DNA from: an uncultured bacterium
Lineage (GTDB): Bacteria; Verrucomicrobiota; Kiritimatiellia; PWTM01
Direction of reading: 5' to 3'
NCBI GenBank assembly: GCA_938005705.1
Contig: CALLML010000003.1
Span: forward strand, 9,272 to 73,271
Length of the DNA: 64,000 bases
Below, piece after piece: positions 61,996 through 64,000 of this stretch. Position 1 is the stretch's first letter. Each line of letters opens with the position of its first letter. Under the pieces are notes generated by a model. That model worked only from the letters and a program-made list of their open reading frames with translations. It was not told the origin of the DNA and made no database searches. The translations under genes were made by a program, and so were the position numbers.

Positions 61996-62738
61996 AGTCT
62001 TCCCGCCCGCCGATGCCGCAGTTGCTGGAACAGGTTGCACGCTCTCTCGCCGCGCGAAAAGATCCGGCCCTGACGGGCATCGATGTTGAAACCCTGTGCG
62101 CTCAGCTGCGCGAACGCCCCCCTCCTCCACCCGCGCAGCCCCGCTGGCAGGATGCCTTGATCGAGGCCCAGATTCCCGAGGGGGCCTCGGTGCTCGACCT
62201 TGGATGTGGCGGCGGCGAGCTTTTGCACCGTCTCATCCGCGACAAGTCCGTCCGCGGGCAGGGCGTCGAGATTGATTTCGAGGCCGTGTCGCAGTGCCTG
62301 ACGCTCGGAGTGCCCGTGCTCCAAACGAATCTGGATGAGGGATTACGAGAATTTCCCGACCAGAGTTTCGATTACGTGGTGCTGGAAGAAACGGTCCAGA
62401 CCTTGCACCAGCCGTTGCGGGTCCTAAACGACGTGTTGCGAGTGGGGCGGTATGGCATCGTCTCGTTCCCCAACTTCGGCAGTTGGCGCGTTCGCCTCTC
62501 GCTGGCGATCGAGGGACGCATGCCGAGCACCCCCGCCCTGCCCTATCGCTGGTATGAGACGCCGAATATCCATCTCTTCACCCTTCTCGATTTTCTGGAA
62601 CTGACGTCTGAAATCAGTGCACGCGTCGTGCGCGGCTTCTCCCTGGTTGAAGGCGTGGTCCGGCCGCTCGGTCTTAACGACAATTTGGAGGCCGACGAGT
62701 CGCTTCTGATCATCACGCGGGACCCGCCACTCGCGTGA
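61992..62738 (+). CDS. metW: Methionine biosynthesis protein MetW
   Basis: VLDLGCGGGELL, GVEID, FPDQSFDYVVL, IVSFPNFG.WRVR, LPYRWYETPNIH; follows metX. Confidence 0.92.
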   Translation: MKSSRPPMPQLLEQVARSLAARKDPALTGIDVETLCAQLRERPPPPPAQPRWQDALIEAQIPEGASVLDLGCGGGELLHRLIRDKSVRGQGVEIDFEAVSQCLTLGVPVLQTNLDEGLREFPDQSFDYVVLEETVQTLHQPLRVLNDVLRVGRYGIVSFPNFGSWRVRLSLAIEGRMPSTPALPYRWYETPNIHLFTLLDFLELTSEISARVVRGFSLVEGVVRPLGLNDNLEADESLLIITRDPPLA

Positions 62739-62761
62739 TCTTGCCGCCTCGGCGGGCAGAT

Positions 62762-62807
62762 TTCCAGATTTTGGAAAATCCGGCGAATATTTTTCCAAGC
62801 CTTGGAA
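62762..62807. repeat. Two TTCCAAnnnTTGGAA-type palindromes, 31-bp period
   Basis: TTCCAGATTTTGGAA 62762 and TTCCAAGCCTTGGAA 62793 (the latter identical to the 34553 copy). Confidence 0.85.
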
Positions 62808-63254
62808 GCTCACCCGCCGGCGAGCTTGCCGTGTACGGGTGTACCAGGCTCCGGATGGGGGGCGCGAACAGATACGAATGGGGAGAAGAGAACAGAATAA
62901 TCATCAATCTCCCTAAGGGGATGCCCCGGTCGCTACAACCATCCCTTCTCGTCGGTTTTTCTTCGAGTTTCGGATTCCGCCCTACCGGGTGAGAGTCCGC
63001 GTCACCTGCGATAATCGAGTGGGTGTAGAAAAATCTTGGGTATGAACTGGAGAAGACACCATGAAAAGCGAATTGGCTCCCACACTGTCCGCGAATCGCA
63101 GAATGGCCGAAAAACTCGTGTTTAGGGGAAGCGGCTGAACAAAAGCGAATGGCGCGGGGCCGTTGAGGTAAACGATTTTTCGTCTCCCTTCGCCCGCGCC
63201 TGTATTTGCCGCTCATCCCCACAGCGCAATCGGCTCTTGTACGGTTTGTGTCCG

Positions 63255-63283
63255 TTGACGAATCGAAACATTCATGGTAAGTT
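63255..63283 (+). promoter_or_regulatory. Putative sigma70 promoter upstream of tRNA-Asn
   Basis: TTGACG-N17-TAAGTT with extended -10 TG; a TATAAT also lies at 63354-63359. Confidence 0.45.
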
Positions 63284-63366
63284 TTCCATCAATGTTGTTT
63301 CATCATAGCGCAGTGGTTCTGTGCCGTTGGAGGCCAGATTTATCTCGGTGCCGTATAATTGTGAGT

Positions 63367-63441
63367 TCCGGCGTAGCGCAGTGGTAGCGCAGGTGACTGT
63401 TAATCACTTGGTCGTAGGTTCGAATCCTACCGCCGGAGCCA
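63367..63441 (+). tRNA. tRNA-Asn (GTT)
   Basis: TCCGGCGTAGCGCAGTGGTAGCGC-AGGTGA-CTGTTAA-TCACT..GGTTCGAATCC..GCCGGAGCCA. Confidence 0.97.
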
Positions 63442-63761
63442 AAATCAACCTGGCGAACTGTTTCGCCAGTCCAAGTTAACGGAAACGCCCGACCAAGAAA
63501 CTGGCCGGGCGGTTTCGTATCTCGCGGTTGGCAAAGGGTTACGGCGTTTCCGCCCACGCGGGCCGCGCCCTCTGTTTCAAACCGCCTCCACCACGTTGCA
63601 GCCGTGAACCTACACGTTCTCGCCCGCCCGGCAAGAGCAACGGCCCGAACTCTCGGACTCTCTCGTAAACAGCCGTCGAGAATTTAATAGACCCGTCCGC
63701 ACCGGGACCATGCGTGATTTCGAACCCCTAACCCGGCTTGCGGTACGTCGCACCATCCAGC

Positions 63762-64000
63762 CTATGACTTGACCAAACGTGCCCTGAGATCGAACAGCAA
63801 CATGGTTCGCCTCGGGACTCGAGGGTCAACCACCACTTGGATGACCGCGCCCACCTGCGGCCTCAGGGCCATGTGCATGGACTTCTTCCACCGAAAATGC
63901 TTGTCGCCGACCTGGTATTCGATGACAACGCCCACAAGCCCGTGCAGATCAACGAGCTTACGTATCCCTCGGTGGCTGTGGACGGCGAGGATCTTTCCTT
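63762..64000 (-). CDS. Hypothetical protein, 3' end only (weakly DUF3592-like)
   Basis: Open frame from the window edge: GKILAVH..VVIEYQVGDKHF..PQVGAVIQVVVDPRVPRR..VKS*. Confidence 0.5.
   Translation of the reverse strand, partial: GKILAVHSHRGIRKLVDLHGLVGVVIEYQVGDKHFRWKKSMHMALRPQVGAVIQVVVDPRVPRRTMLLFDLRARLVKS

Overview
GC-rich bacterial chromosome segment, almost all core genome. It is probably from an anaerobic PVC-superphylum organism (Kiritimatiellae/Verrucomicrobia-like); this is inference from protein styles, the HTH-PTS IIA fusion and the TTCCAAnnnTTGGAA repeats. Contents in order: pyrD (partial), pgpA-plsY-gpsA, a retropepsin-like lipoprotein, a PduO-type adenosyltransferase, murB, Mn-SOD, a ThrRS-domain/uridine kinase fusion, trpA-manC-ruvX, a secreted beta-helix protein, tgt-yajC-secDF-recJ, lysS-lolC/E-lolD, tatD-tcdA and smc. 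Next come a small accessory patch (unknown secreted protein plus a decayed beta-propeller pseudogene), a fixC-fixX-etfB-etfA-acyl-CoA dehydrogenase cluster, a TPP riboswitch with thi4-thiE, ilvD, and a four-subunit [FeFe]-hydrogenase operon divergent from rex with a Rex box. The end holds pilT, argS, a hybrid kinase with a receiver protein, trpD, xylB-metX-metW. There are four tRNAs (Ser-TGA, Ser-GGA, Asp-GTC, Asn-GTT). I saw no CRISPR array, integrase, transposase or prophage, and no unambiguous wholly new system. The best leads are tandem NrdR-like boxes upstream of smc, a phased 15-bp palindromic repeat family (one array at the broken end of a pseudogene), a second dispersed ~110-125 bp repeat, a divergent ETF beta subunit paired with both FixCX and an acyl-CoA dehydrogenase, and a riboswitch-controlled non-Cys Thi4. 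All calls come from reading motifs by eye; no searches were run.
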